64,000 bases of DNA from Deltaproteobacteria bacterium (GCA_016208165.1 JACQYL010000007.1:41831-105830); one strand, 5' to 3'; positions 1-9,772 are shown, numbered from the stretch's first letter. Program-made: numbers and translations. The notes: a model not told the origin generated them from the sequence alone.

Positions 1-1041
1 CTCGAAGCTGCGGATGCGTATTTCGCCGACTACGGGGAATGCCGGGTGAACATCAATCGGGGAGAAAAAGAGTTGGTCGCTGAAGGCGGCGGTAACTTGC
101 TGTCGGTTCTGACCGACCAGCGTATTTTCATACCGTCGGCCTGCGGTGGACGGGGCAGCTGCGGACTGTGTAAAATAAAGGTCTTAGAAGGGGCCGGGCC
201 TCTTCTTCCAACGGAAACACCTTATCTCGATCCGGAAGAAATCGCGAATAACGTCCGGTTGTCGTGTCAGGTCAAGCTTCGAAACGACGTCAAGATCGAG
301 ATTCCCCCGGAGCTGTTTTTAATAAAGGAATACAAGGTCCGGGTGGCCGGGATTCGGGACCTGACGCCCGATACCAAGGAATTCCGCTTCCAACTGCTCG
401 ATCCGGGCGCCATCTCCTTCAAGGCCGGCCAGTACCTTCAGGTGAACATACCCGAATACGAAGGATGCGATGAACCGGTATACAGAGCCTATTCCATTGC
501 CTCACCGGAAAGTAAACCGGAAGAAGTGACGCTGGTTGTCACAAAAGTGCCTGAGGGGATTGCCACCACGTACCTCCACGATTTGCTGGAGGAAGGCAGC
601 GAAATCACGCTCAATGGTCCATACGGGGATTTCTATTTGGGAGAGTCGGATCGAGACGTTTTTATGATCGCCACGGGTTCCGGACTGGCCCCGATCATGT
701 CTCTGCTCTACAAAATAGCGGACGAAGGAATTCAAAGGAAGACCACTGTGATTTTCGGCGATCGGACCCGAAATGACCTTTTTTATATCGAGGAACTGGA
801 AGAGCTGGGTCAACGTATCCCGTCCCTCGAAATTATAACAACGCTTTCCAGACCTGTGGAAGAAGACCGATGGAACGGCAGAAAAGGTCGGGTGACGGAT
901 GTGTTGAAGGATAGATTAGAGAGCGGGGAGAACACTGAAGTTTACGTATGCGGTAACCCTGCCATGGTGGAAGCCGTTGAGAAACTTGCTCTGGAATCGG
1001 GCGTCCCCCGTGACAGAATATTCTATGACAAGTACGCCTAA
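1..1041 (+). CDS. NqrF-like oxidoreductase: 2Fe-2S ferredoxin domain fused to an FAD/NAD(P)H-binding reductase domain; 5' end probably outside the window
   Basis: ORF 46..1041, and the frame stays open back to nt 1. Carries a Cys cluster CGGRGSCGLC...C, an RAYSIAS FAD-type motif and an MIATGSGLAP nucleotide-binding motif. The order is collinear with Na+-NQR subunit F. Confidence 0.75.
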   Translation, partial: LEAADAYFADYGECRVNINRGEKELVAEGGGNLLSVLTDQRIFIPSACGGRGSCGLCKIKVLEGAGPLLPTETPYLDPEEIANNVRLSCQVKLRNDVKIEIPPELFLIKEYKVRVAGIRDLTPDTKEFRFQLLDPGAISFKAGQYLQVNIPEYEGCDEPVYRAYSIASPESKPEEVTLVVTKVPEGIATTYLHDLLEEGSEITLNGPYGDFYLGESDRDVFMIATGSGLAPIMSLLYKIADEGIQRKTTVIFGDRTRNDLFYIEELEELGQRIPSLEIITTLSRPVEEDRWNGRKGRVTDVLKDRLESGENTEVYVCGNPAMVEAVEKLALESGVPRDRIFYDKYA

Positions 1042-1064
1042 CGGTTCCCGGTCAGGAGGGGATC

Positions 1065-1535
1065 ATGACACGGTATCCCATAATACAGAGCCCGATGCTG
1101 GATGACATCGAACATAGGCTGCGACCCTGTCCCACCTATTGCCACGGTTTTCTGGGCGAAGACGACCGCAAACTGGTCCAGATTCTGACGGAAGACCAAG
1201 GGACGGTTCACGCACTGGGACTTACTCACATAGGGATCGCGGAACGGTTGAGATCTCTCACCGAAGCCGCCCGCGGCGGCTGGGGCGACCCCGAGCTTGT
1301 GGACGATAAATTCTTTGTGGAAGTGCATGAAATACGAGGAAAGCTACCGTGTCCGTGGCCTCACCCGGGCCTTTACCAAAAGGGATTCGCTCGGTTGGAA
1401 AACATCAAGACAGGTGAAAAACTGGTCTGGACCGAACTCTCCATACATCTCATCGGCGAACACGGATTCTATGAGGGAAAGGGAAGCCCCTACCGGCTGG
1501 ACCCGAAAGATTTGAAGCGCATACTGGAACTGTAA
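1065..1535 (+). CDS. hypothetical protein, no domain recognised
   Basis: AGGAGG lies about 7 nt upstream of the ATG, 23 nt after the upstream stop. 156 aa with protein-like composition. Confidence 0.55.
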   Translation: MTRYPIIQSPMLDDIEHRLRPCPTYCHGFLGEDDRKLVQILTEDQGTVHALGLTHIGIAERLRSLTEAARGGWGDPELVDDKFFVEVHEIRGKLPCPWPHPGLYQKGFARLENIKTGEKLVWTELSIHLIGEHGFYEGKGSPYRLDPKDLKRILEL

Positions 1536-1635
1536 CTCTCGATAGTGCTGGGAAAAGAAACCATATATGCGAAAAAACGGGACAAGGGGCCGTTCCCGAC
1601 ACGGTTCCAGGGGTCCCGTCTTGGCGGATATCCTA

Positions 1636-2847
1636 ATGAGACCTTCTGTCGATCATGCGCGTGCGGCGTGGCGGGTCCTTCAGACCGTCATATCGCCTTC
1701 TCCGTTGATCCATTCCCAGGTCCTGAGCCGGGACGTGGGCGCACAGATCTTTCTCAAGCTGGAAAGCCTTCAGGAAACAGGGTCCTTTAAGGTTCGTGGA
1801 GCCTATTATCGCTTGGCCTGCTTAAACGAGCACGAGCGAAGAGTGGGGGTGGTCGCGGCCTCGGCGGGCAATCATGCCCAGGGGGTAGCCTGGGCCGCGT
1901 CTAAGCTGGGCATCGACGCGACCATCGTCATGCCGGAGGACGTATCCCTGCGCAAGCTGATGGCCGTTAAGGAATATGGGCCTGAAATCGTTCTTCACGG
2001 CACTTTTTACGATGATGCTTTCGCTCGAGCGACCAAGATCTCCGAGGAAACCGGCAAAATTCTGGTCTCCGCGTTTAACGACCCTTATGTCATTGCGGGT
2101 CAGGGAACCATTGGGCTTGAATTGGAACACGAGTTGGAAGATGACACCGTTGTTGTCGTGCCCGTTGGCGGAGGCGGACTCATTTCCGGCATCTCCCTTG
2201 CCGCAAAAGCGCTCAACCCGAACATCCGCATCGTTGGTGTTCAAGCGGAAAACTGCCCTTCAGCCATACGCTCCCTCGAGGAAAGCCGACCCACGTTCAC
2301 GGAAGCTTCGCCTACTCTGGCTGACGGCATCGCGGTGAAGAAGCCAGGCGAACTCACGTTTCCCATTATCCGGGAACTGGTGGATGAGATGGTTTCGGTC
2401 GGTGAGGAAGCGATAGCCGGAGCCATTCTCACTTTGATCGATCGCGCGAGCCTGGTGGCTGAGGGAGCCGGCGCCGTGCCTCTGGCCGCTCTGATGGAGA
2501 ACAAACTCCATACTCGGGCAAGGCGCTATATCCTCATTTTGAGCGGTGGGAATATCGAAACGAACACCATCGACCGGATTTTGCAGCGGGGCGCCATCCG
2601 GATGGGACGCCTTATTCGCATTGAGGTAAATCTGCCGGACGTACCGGGTGCTCTCTGGAATCTCCTCGGAATCGTGGCCGACGAAAAGGCCAATATCCTT
2701 CACATCGTCCATGATCGACTGGCGCTTCAAAATCCTATTCAGGTGTCCCGCGTCGAATTGAACCTCGAGACGCGCGGCCCCGAGCACGCCCAGGAGGTCG
2801 TTGATCGAATGCTGCGGAGCGGTTACCGGGTGCAACGAATATTGTAA
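1636..2847 (+). CDS. ilvA: threonine ammonia-lyase (threonine dehydratase), PLP-dependent, with a C-terminal ACT-like domain
   Basis: ETGSFKVRGA PLP-lysine motif, GGGGLISG loop, and a C-terminal regulatory-like domain of about 80 aa. The ORF is open from 1567, but the first 23 codons are Arg/Gly-rich; ATG 1636 gives a normal N-terminus. Confidence 0.85.
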   Translation: MRPSVDHARAAWRVLQTVISPSPLIHSQVLSRDVGAQIFLKLESLQETGSFKVRGAYYRLACLNEHERRVGVVAASAGNHAQGVAWAASKLGIDATIVMPEDVSLRKLMAVKEYGPEIVLHGTFYDDAFARATKISEETGKILVSAFNDPYVIAGQGTIGLELEHELEDDTVVVVPVGGGGLISGISLAAKALNPNIRIVGVQAENCPSAIRSLEESRPTFTEASPTLADGIAVKKPGELTFPIIRELVDEMVSVGEEAIAGAILTLIDRASLVAEGAGAVPLAALMENKLHTRARRYILILSGGNIETNTIDRILQRGAIRMGRLIRIEVNLPDVPGALWNLLGIVADEKANILHIVHDRLALQNPIQVSRVELNLETRGPEHAQEVVDRMLRSGYRVQRIL

Positions 2848-2861
2848 GCGAATCGTCGAGA

Positions 2862-4253
2862 TCAGACTTCAAAGAACGCCTGTAACCTGGTTTTGACCTG
2901 TTCTTCCGAGTAAGAACGGGAATCCGCCATGTCGGCTTCGATGACTACCGTCTTAATGCCGCAACGCTCCTCCAATATTCGTTGGAGATCGTATTGGCCG
3001 ACCGAGTACGGTTTGCAGCTTCGATCCGAGTGGATCACCAGCCCGTCGACCTGGTATTCCCGAATCATCCGCTCCATCAAATTCAGCCTGTGACCCAACC
3101 CCCGATTCAGAATCACAAGTCCGTACGTCTTTGCCATCGAGTCGAAGACGGGTTCCTCAAAGTTGATCAAGGGCGTGGTTTCAACCCAGGCGTTGGTGTA
3201 AGTCGCACACACGAAATTGTACCCTTGCTCGGCGAAGAGCGCAGAGAAGTCCTTGAGTTTGAACCAGATCGCAATATTGTCCCACATGAGGCGGCGCTCT
3301 TCCCTCGCTATGCCCCCAATCCCAAGATCCACCCGCTCCATTAATTCGGCTAACAAGGTCCGGTAATAACGCAACGTCACCGGCAATCCACGCAAAGAAA
3401 CAATGGGCGCCATATGCACGAACGCGTCGAATATGGTCATGGGTGCAGGTCGCGCTTTCATCGTCTCGAGAATGCGACCCCACGTGAGCGATGCTTCCTT
3501 GGAAAGCCGGAGTACTTCTTTAAACCGCTCCATGTCGAAACTCTTCCGTGCTACACGTTCCAAATCCGGAATCATATCGCGAAGCTGGTCGGCCATGTAC
3601 CTGACGTCAACGTCACTGATCTCATCACCCGTGATAAAAGGGGTGTCAAACAGGATCAGGGGAATTCTCCAGACATAGGCCAACTGTTTGTACCAGTACT
3701 GCACGGTCTGGCAAATGTTGTTCGAACAGAACAGCACGTCCGGTTTGGGCAACTTCCCGGCAGGGGTCAGGCCGGAAAACACGTGCCCCAGATCGGTCCT
3801 AGCATACGAGCACAAATCGCGGGAGAATCCCTTTTCTTCGGCCAGACCGCACATCTCGGGAGCCATCCTCGTTGCGCCGCAGAGGGCCCCATGATTTTCA
3901 GGATACAACGTGTAGAAATCCAACGCGCGGAGCATTTCCACCGGAGCCCCGCTCGTCACCCACGCAATGGGTCGGGCTCCCTTGGCGCTCCGCGCAAGGA
4001 AATAGTGACGCATCATGATCTGTTTGAGCCGTCCGGAGCAGCGAAGCGGCGGGCCTAGAAACGGATTGGGCTTGCTCGCCTTCTGACGTTTGCGGCGCAA
4101 GGACATGGCAATAGGAGCAGCGACGTCCTTTACGAATCGGTATTTTAACGACGGGAAAAGAGTCATGGATCCAATCAACTTTCTTTGACCGGCGGAAGCG
4201 CTATTGGGAGGAGTTTTTTCGTCACCGTATCTAGGGCTAGGCCAGGAGCTCAC
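2862..4253 (-). CDS. 2-hydroxyacyl-CoA dehydratase / benzoyl-CoA reductase family subunit (HgdA/BcrB-like)
   Basis: Family-typical stretch IAWVTSGAPVEMLRALDFYTLYPENH...CSYAR...FCSNNICQT...SCKPYS. Overlaps the upstream partner by 17 nt. The true start may be an internal ATG because the N-terminal ~60 aa are basic and atypical. Confidence 0.7.
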   Translation of the reverse strand: MSSWPSPRYGDEKTPPNSASAGQRKLIGSMTLFPSLKYRFVKDVAAPIAMSLRRKRQKASKPNPFLGPPLRCSGRLKQIMMRHYFLARSAKGARPIAWVTSGAPVEMLRALDFYTLYPENHGALCGATRMAPEMCGLAEEKGFSRDLCSYARTDLGHVFSGLTPAGKLPKPDVLFCSNNICQTVQYWYKQLAYVWRIPLILFDTPFITGDEISDVDVRYMADQLRDMIPDLERVARKSFDMERFKEVLRLSKEASLTWGRILETMKARPAPMTIFDAFVHMAPIVSLRGLPVTLRYYRTLLAELMERVDLGIGGIAREERRLMWDNIAIWFKLKDFSALFAEQGYNFVCATYTNAWVETTPLINFEEPVFDSMAKTYGLVILNRGLGHRLNLMERMIREYQVDGLVIHSDRSCKPYSVGQYDLQRILEERCGIKTVVIEADMADSRSYSEEQVKTRLQAFFEV

Positions 4254-5313
4254 TGAATGCTTCCAGGCGAGTCACTAGCTGCCCGAAAGTACTCTGGTGG
4301 AGTTCGGTCTCAACGGAAAGACCCTCGATGCCCCTGTCTTTCAGTTCTTTCATCAGGAACGGTACATCGAAAAGCTCGGTCTCGCAGAACTTGGTGATCC
4401 AAAAGATGACGGCCTTCGCCCCTGTCACTTCTACAAGCTCGACCTGATGGGCCAAACGATCCTCGACGCTGGAGCCTTTGGTGCTGCAAGGGGGCATGGA
4501 GAAGTAGGATTTTGCCAGGCTTTCGAAAGGATCTTCCAGAGAAGTGTCCAGGAAAGGACTCCATCGACGGCCAATGGACAAGAAGTCATCAGCGGCTATG
4601 TGAAGACCTATTCCATCCAAAATCTCAAGTAGTCCTTCAGGGTTCGGTAGTACTCCGGATACCACCACTTTCTTCAAGCCTTTGGCGCTGTCGGAAGCTT
4701 GTAGCTTCAGCACTTCCAATTCGCGAAGGTAGTCCTCGGGAAGCAGGAATTCTCCCAGACGAAGCACGCGGTAATACTCGACATTGGAAACCGGCAGCCG
4801 ACTTTTAGCCCGAAGCTCCCGTAACTCCAGTTGAGCTTTCCTCACCCGGTTGCTCGACACGAGGGCCGAATGTAGATTGTCCCGGTCCAAAGGACCGTAG
4901 AACCGCCCCAGTTCAAGGACCAGTTTCCGGAGCTGTTCCATATAATAGGTATTGGAATGGGGCCCGTAGGGGGCTTTAGGATGATAGAAGAAGTGACACG
5001 GAACCTCCGGTCTCACGAAATCATGTATCATGGAACCTAGGTTCTGTATGGAATCGCAGGTATGCGGAAACAGAAACCCGCTCACGAAATCGCATTTGCC
5101 CTGCAGAACCAGCTCGAGCCCCAGCCGCGCGACGGAGCAGGTGTAGGGTTGAAGATGTTGGCCGGCCTCCGTAGTGCGGAGCTTCGGGTCCCAGATTTCC
5201 GCCGGAACGAGGCCGAAGGCCCACAGGATTTCTTTAGGATATTGAGCCGGGAAAACGCCGATCACGGGACGCCCGTGTTGCTTCTGTGAAAGCAGGTACG
5301 CTGTTCGATCCAT
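4237..5313 (-). CDS. 2-hydroxyacyl-CoA dehydratase family subunit (HgdB-like partner)
   Basis: PVIGVFPAQYPKEILWAFGLVPAEIW...YTCS...PHTCDSIQNL...CST pattern typical of the second subunit. Translationally coupled to the downstream gene. Confidence 0.65.
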   Translation of the reverse strand: MDRTAYLLSQKQHGRPVIGVFPAQYPKEILWAFGLVPAEIWDPKLRTTEAGQHLQPYTCSVARLGLELVLQGKCDFVSGFLFPHTCDSIQNLGSMIHDFVRPEVPCHFFYHPKAPYGPHSNTYYMEQLRKLVLELGRFYGPLDRDNLHSALVSSNRVRKAQLELRELRAKSRLPVSNVEYYRVLRLGEFLLPEDYLRELEVLKLQASDSAKGLKKVVVSGVLPNPEGLLEILDGIGLHIAADDFLSIGRRWSPFLDTSLEDPFESLAKSYFSMPPCSTKGSSVEDRLAHQVELVEVTGAKAVIFWITKFCETELFDVPFLMKELKDRGIEGLSVETELHQSTFGQLVTRLEAFSELLA

Positions 5314-5527
5314 AATGAACTCATCTTTATCAGATTTACCGCTTTAACACAAAGCGCTTCCTTTTGAGGGAGATCGCCGGCGACAGAGAACCGGCAACTC
5401 CGGAAGAAAGAAAACGCGGATTTGCCCCCATTGGTCCTAAGGAGCATTCCTCCCCTTTTCTTTCTTTTTGGCCCGTGTTATGATACGCAGACACCTATTC
5501 AAGCGAGCGCGATCAACGGAGTACTTC

Positions 5528-6682
5528 ATGTGCAACATCCCTGCAACGCCCGTGCAACGTCGACGCCTTAAGCCGTTTTACCCGGCCCATGTCGTGCTTC
5601 TGCTCTTCATCCTGTCGTTGGCGTATTTCTCGAATGCCCACGCCACGCGCCTCTATCTGACTCCCGACGGATATCTGGAGGAAATCCCAAAGGCGCGCAG
5701 CGTGGTCAAAATGCCTTTACGCCTCAATAGTCCCAGGGAATGGCGAAAGATCTTGACCGGCGGCATGGGCTCCGGCTCTTTTGGCTTCAATATTTACGCA
5801 CAGAATTTTTCCCGAGCCGATGCAGCCGCGTCCGTTGAGATTGTATTGGAAGCGGGCGGAGAAGAAGTGACATTGGCTTCGTGGCCGAAAGGGCTCGGTG
5901 TCTCTCGTGGAACGGATCTGTTCACAGGATCCCAAGGAGGGTCCGGAGTTCAAGCTAAGGCCGGCGATGTAATTGTTCTGCGCGTGACCGCTCAGAAAAC
6001 AGGGACTTACCACGGGTACGGCTCACTCTACATGGGCGGGCAGTTTTCTTCCTCGATTGACGTACCTGATTTAACCGCCCTGAACGAGCCGGACATCGCC
6101 ATGCTCGATACCCAGTTCTCTTCCGTCTATGACGATCTCGCGGAGATCCGGCGTCAGCAGGAAGTGGTCCAAGCCCAGCTCAGCCTTATTTCAGAGTCCT
6201 TGGCCAACATAGAAGGACTTCTGGCGGCGTACCTGCCGCCTTCTGCGTCAATCTCCGAGGAGGAACCAGCCCCTGCGATACCTAAGACGCCCGAACGGAC
6301 TAAAATATATTCGATGCGTTTCGAGCCTCAGGTTCTCACCCTGCCCCTGGAATCCGGCCTTGCGCTGGTATGCACCGTGGAACTTGATTCTCCCGAAGAA
6401 GTGGCGGCGACCGATAGGAATTCGTTGGAGCTGGCTTTTTCCCACTCTTCGATTAAACCGAATCCGGAATATTGCTTGGACCAGACCCCGGAACCGGCGT
6501 CTTCTTCCATGCTGAAGGTGTGCTTCTCCGCTGAAGAGGTGGCCGCTTCTTTTGATGGCGGGGAACCGGAAACATTGATATTTACGGCGTGGTTAAAGGG
6601 CTCTCGAATGGACCAATCGCCTTTGGTCGCCAGAGGGATTCTTCGTGTTGTTCGTAAGGCGCAGGATTCCGCACCAGAGTGA
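5528..6682 (+). CDS. secreted or membrane-anchored hypothetical protein
   Basis: ATG 5528 with GGAG upstream. N-terminal signal-like segment HVVLLLFILSLAYFSNAHA, a central heptad-like segment and an acidic linker. No known domain. Confidence 0.55.
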   Translation: MCNIPATPVQRRRLKPFYPAHVVLLLFILSLAYFSNAHATRLYLTPDGYLEEIPKARSVVKMPLRLNSPREWRKILTGGMGSGSFGFNIYAQNFSRADAAASVEIVLEAGGEEVTLASWPKGLGVSRGTDLFTGSQGGSGVQAKAGDVIVLRVTAQKTGTYHGYGSLYMGGQFSSSIDVPDLTALNEPDIAMLDTQFSSVYDDLAEIRRQQEVVQAQLSLISESLANIEGLLAAYLPPSASISEEEPAPAIPKTPERTKIYSMRFEPQVLTLPLESGLALVCTVELDSPEEVAATDRNSLELAFSHSSIKPNPEYCLDQTPEPASSSMLKVCFSAEEVAASFDGGEPETLIFTAWLKGSRMDQSPLVARGILRVVRKAQDSAPE

Positions 6683-6736
6683 AACAGACGGTTGGGCCGG
6701 TTGGTTTATCGGACGGGCGCCGTCAGGCCTCATGCT

Positions 6737-7489
6737 TCACTCGGAGGACCTGGCAACGGGTGAATCTCCTCCCTGATCTTCCTGTCGCTCTTCATACACC
6801 AGTTTTTGCACAACCGGCGCATCAACCATGCGGTTGATGCTATCGATGAGCTGCTGGACTTTGAGTCTCGGGGTGCGCTCAGCCCAGGCCGTTTTCAGGC
6901 TTTCGAAGATCATGTTCCGCACTTCGGGCAGGCGGGCTTCCAATCGGTCCTTCAGGGAAGGGTTAACGGACAAGAACACATGGATCAGCACGAATTTCCG
7001 CTTTTGGGAGACGCGAGTGGGGATCACGAAAGGCTCGAGCTCGAGGGGACCTTCTTCCCAAAGGCGGATACTCGCGGTATAGGTATGCGCGGTGGGAGCC
7101 TCCACGGTTTGCTTCGGAAATAATTTATGGTAAGCCACGTATCCGCCCCCGACGGATGCAAGCAACGCAACGCCCGCAACCGCCATGAAAAGGATGGTTC
7201 TCTTCGGCCGTTCTGTTTTGGCTCCATCAGCATCAAACTCGGACGGTCCGGCGCCGTCGGCTGACGGCGCTCCGCTTCCGGACTCGTCAGGCCGGGTCCG
7301 TGCGGACTCGTCAAGGGACATCTTGTCCAGTTCGATCCGATCCAATTCGGCCGCTTTTTCATGTGAACGAGCGCTCGATTCGTCGTAAACCACATCCCAA
7401 TTGAACTCGTCGTCGAACAGAACCTGCTCTTCGATGCCCTCGCCTCGCTTGAATGCTTTGAGAGTCTTCGGTTTCTTTGTCTCCTCCAT
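6737..7489 (-). CDS. FliL-like single-pass membrane protein with a long acidic N-terminal region
   Basis: One TM helix (ILFMAVAGVALLASVGGGYVAY). It is followed by LEPFVIP...KFVLIHVFLSVNPSLKDRLEARLPEVRNMIFESL, which is collinear with the FliL core including LPEVR. ATG 7489 has GGGAG upstream; the ORF is open to the TTG at 7543. Confidence 0.6.
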   Translation of the reverse strand: MEETKKPKTLKAFKRGEGIEEQVLFDDEFNWDVVYDESSARSHEKAAELDRIELDKMSLDESARTRPDESGSGAPSADGAGPSEFDADGAKTERPKRTILFMAVAGVALLASVGGGYVAYHKLFPKQTVEAPTAHTYTASIRLWEEGPLELEPFVIPTRVSQKRKFVLIHVFLSVNPSLKDRLEARLPEVRNMIFESLKTAWAERTPRLKVQQLIDSINRMVDAPVVQKLVYEERQEDQGGDSPVARSSE

Positions 7490-7621
7490 CCAGTTACTCC
7501 CGGACTTCCGATCGGAGGCGATGCGTTGGAACTCGTCCTCCAATCGGAGATCGCATTTTCAGTCGCGCAAAAGCTGATGAATACACACCGGTCCATTCAT
7601 AATGACACGTACTCCAAGGAG

Positions 7622-8077
7622 CTAATTGACCACCCAAATGGTGCAGTTCTTGGCGTAGTGAATGATTTTGTTGGATATACTGCCAAACAGAAACTCCTCC
7701 GACTTGCTGATGCCGCGGCGTCCCAGCACCAACGTACCATAGTCTTCTTGCGCGCGGTGGTCAAGTATGCATTGGGCCATGTTAGAACACTCTTTGACGT
7801 AGGTCTGAATGCGAATCGCAGACGGATCAAAGCCGTAGTCAAGAAGAGTGCGGCGGGCCTTTTCCAGGCACTCGTCCACCTTCTTCTGTTTCTTGTTGAT
7901 AAAGTCTTCCCGATCCCTGTCGTCCTTGAAGAAATCTTCCGAAGGCTCGTCCACGATGCTGAGTATGGTAATGCGATAACCGGGAGCGCCGAGCAAAAAG
8001 CGGCCAAGGTAATGGACCGCGCGCTCGGCGTTCTCCGACTCGTCTATGCACAGCAGGATCTTTCTGGCAACGTCCAT
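7622..8077 (-). CDS. universal stress protein (UspA family)
   Basis: KILLCIDESENAERA at the N-terminus and GRRGISKSEEFLFGSISNKIIHYAKNCTIWVV at the C-terminus. Confidence 0.85.
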   Translation of the reverse strand: MDVARKILLCIDESENAERAVHYLGRFLLGAPGYRITILSIVDEPSEDFFKDDRDREDFINKKQKKVDECLEKARRTLLDYGFDPSAIRIQTYVKECSNMAQCILDHRAQEDYGTLVLGRRGISKSEEFLFGSISNKIIHYAKNCTIWVVN

Positions 8078-8095
8078 AATCCAAGGGGCTCCCTT

Positions 8096-9295
8096 TTACA
8101 GTTTGTACATTGTGTCTCGGAACGTTCTAATATCCTCAACCAACTCCGTCACAGAATCGTAGAATACCTCGGCTCCCACGGCGAAATGCATCAGGACGTT
8201 ATTTAAAGAATCCGGAATGTAGGGAAACACTTTGGCCAGATTCATCACCCTGTTTGCCCAGACGATATTCATGTCACTCTCCGTCAGGCTATCCAACACG
8301 TCGGCACGTTTACTCCGAAGATCCTGAACGGTGACGTCTCCTTTACCGACCACGTAGGAGAGTACGTTTCCGAGTCCGTACAGATCGAACCCTATGGGAT
8401 TCGTCTCGGTCTGATAGGCATAGTCGAAATCGATCCAAACGAATCGTCCCGTAAGCCGATCGACTAGAATATGGTCCCGTCGAATATCACCATGTAGCTC
8501 TCGGCAATCATGCAGGAATCCAATGGCTTCGTAGGCTTCAAAAAGCCGGTCGAGTATCTCGGGCAGGCGCGTGTAGAAATAGGTTTCGTGGTCTTCTTTC
8601 AATCGGGAGATCAGAGAGGACAGAGGGCCTCCCTCTACGAGGTCCAATACCCTCAATACGTTCCCTTTTTCATCGCTTACAGCGTACCCTTGCATGAAGT
8701 GCGGATGACCTTTTACGGCCCGGAGTATTCGTCCCTCTTTCTTTGGACTCCTAAAAAACCAGAATTTGACCTCCCCTATCCTTCCCTCGAATCGCTCAAA
8801 AAAAGCGAGTTTCAGTATCTTCTTTCGTCCCGTCTTTAGATCCACGGCCCGTTTGACCCAGAACTTCGGCTCGTCGTCCAATCCGAATCGGCCTTCCCGG
8901 GCGTGGCCTCGAATCAGAAGCAGATCTTCTCCCACTGAAACCACGTCGTTATAATCCACCTTGAAATAGTCGCTTGTATCCGTAACAACACGCAGTTTCC
9001 CCGGTGGAACGATTTCATCCGCGTACTTCCGGATCTGCTCCAGAATGTATTCGGAGGTTTGAATTTCCAAACACGCCGCTACCTGCTCCACCATCGATCT
9101 TATGCCTCCGTCCCTCCATGAACGGCCGATCCTTCGAATCGCGCCGGCATTCCAGGCCGACCACAGAATAAAGCCATAAAGGGGAACTTTCAAGGGCCAG
9201 ACCGATGATCCCATGTTCGTCATTCGTTGACAAGGAAGATCCGCTTTGCTATGCGAAAATGGGGATGCCGTCACGGGAACGGTGAGGGGGTCCAT
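8096..9295 (-). CDS. atypical protein-kinase-like protein (RIO/Kdo/WaaP-like fold)
   Basis: Catalytic-loop-like HGDIRRDHILVD followed by WIDFDYAY. The N-terminal ~150 aa are unassigned. The start is uncertain (alternatives near 9223 and 9094). Confidence 0.6.
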   Translation of the reverse strand: MDPLTVPVTASPFSHSKADLPCQRMTNMGSSVWPLKVPLYGFILWSAWNAGAIRRIGRSWRDGGIRSMVEQVAACLEIQTSEYILEQIRKYADEIVPPGKLRVVTDTSDYFKVDYNDVVSVGEDLLLIRGHAREGRFGLDDEPKFWVKRAVDLKTGRKKILKLAFFERFEGRIGEVKFWFFRSPKKEGRILRAVKGHPHFMQGYAVSDEKGNVLRVLDLVEGGPLSSLISRLKEDHETYFYTRLPEILDRLFEAYEAIGFLHDCRELHGDIRRDHILVDRLTGRFVWIDFDYAYQTETNPIGFDLYGLGNVLSYVVGKGDVTVQDLRSKRADVLDSLTESDMNIVWANRVMNLAKVFPYIPDSLNNVLMHFAVGAEVFYDSVTELVEDIRTFRDTMYKL

Positions 9296-9344
9296 CTTCT
9301 CGCGGCGAATCGTTTCAGAACAACCTTGCGACTGAGGTATTCAC

Positions 9345-9686
9345 ATGCCTATATACGAATATCAATGCCAGGAGTGCAAATGGGAGTTTTCGGTCCTGGT
9401 TCTGCGTATGGAAGAGGAAGGTAACCTAACCTGCACAAATTGCGGCGGAAAGCGCTTGAAAAAGCTCATTTCGAGAGTGACTTTTCACGTATCCGAGTCC
9501 GATCGGCTCGCGCAATATGATCCCCGGGCTTCCAAGTCCGACACGTTTTATAAGGATTCGCGAAACATCGGTCTCCATGCGAAAAAACGAGCGCAGGAGA
9601 TGGGTGTGGATCTGGGACCCTCGTTCGAGAACAAGCTCGAGAAATTACGAACGGATCCGGGGAGCGTGCTCAAAGACAGCGAGTAG
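9345..9686 (+). CDS. FmdB-family zinc-ribbon protein
   Basis: MPIYEYQCQECKWEF...CTNCGG matches the CxxC...CxxC signature. GAGG lies upstream of the ATG. Confidence 0.8.
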   Translation: MPIYEYQCQECKWEFSVLVLRMEEEGNLTCTNCGGKRLKKLISRVTFHVSESDRLAQYDPRASKSDTFYKDSRNIGLHAKKRAQEMGVDLGPSFENKLEKLRTDPGSVLKDSE

Positions 9687-9727
9687 CTAGATCATCGATG
9701 GAGGGACGTTCCTATACGAACCACGAA

Positions 9728-9772
9728 GAAAAAAACCCCCGCTATGCCGCCTTCCAAAGCCATAAGCGGGGG
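9728..9772 (-). terminator. Rho-independent terminator for nfnAB (hairpin usable in both directions)
   Basis: CCCCCGCTAT...ATAAGCGGGGG stem at 9736-9772. The A8 run on the plus strand gives a T8 tail on the minus strand, 166 nt past the nfnB stop. Confidence 0.7.
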
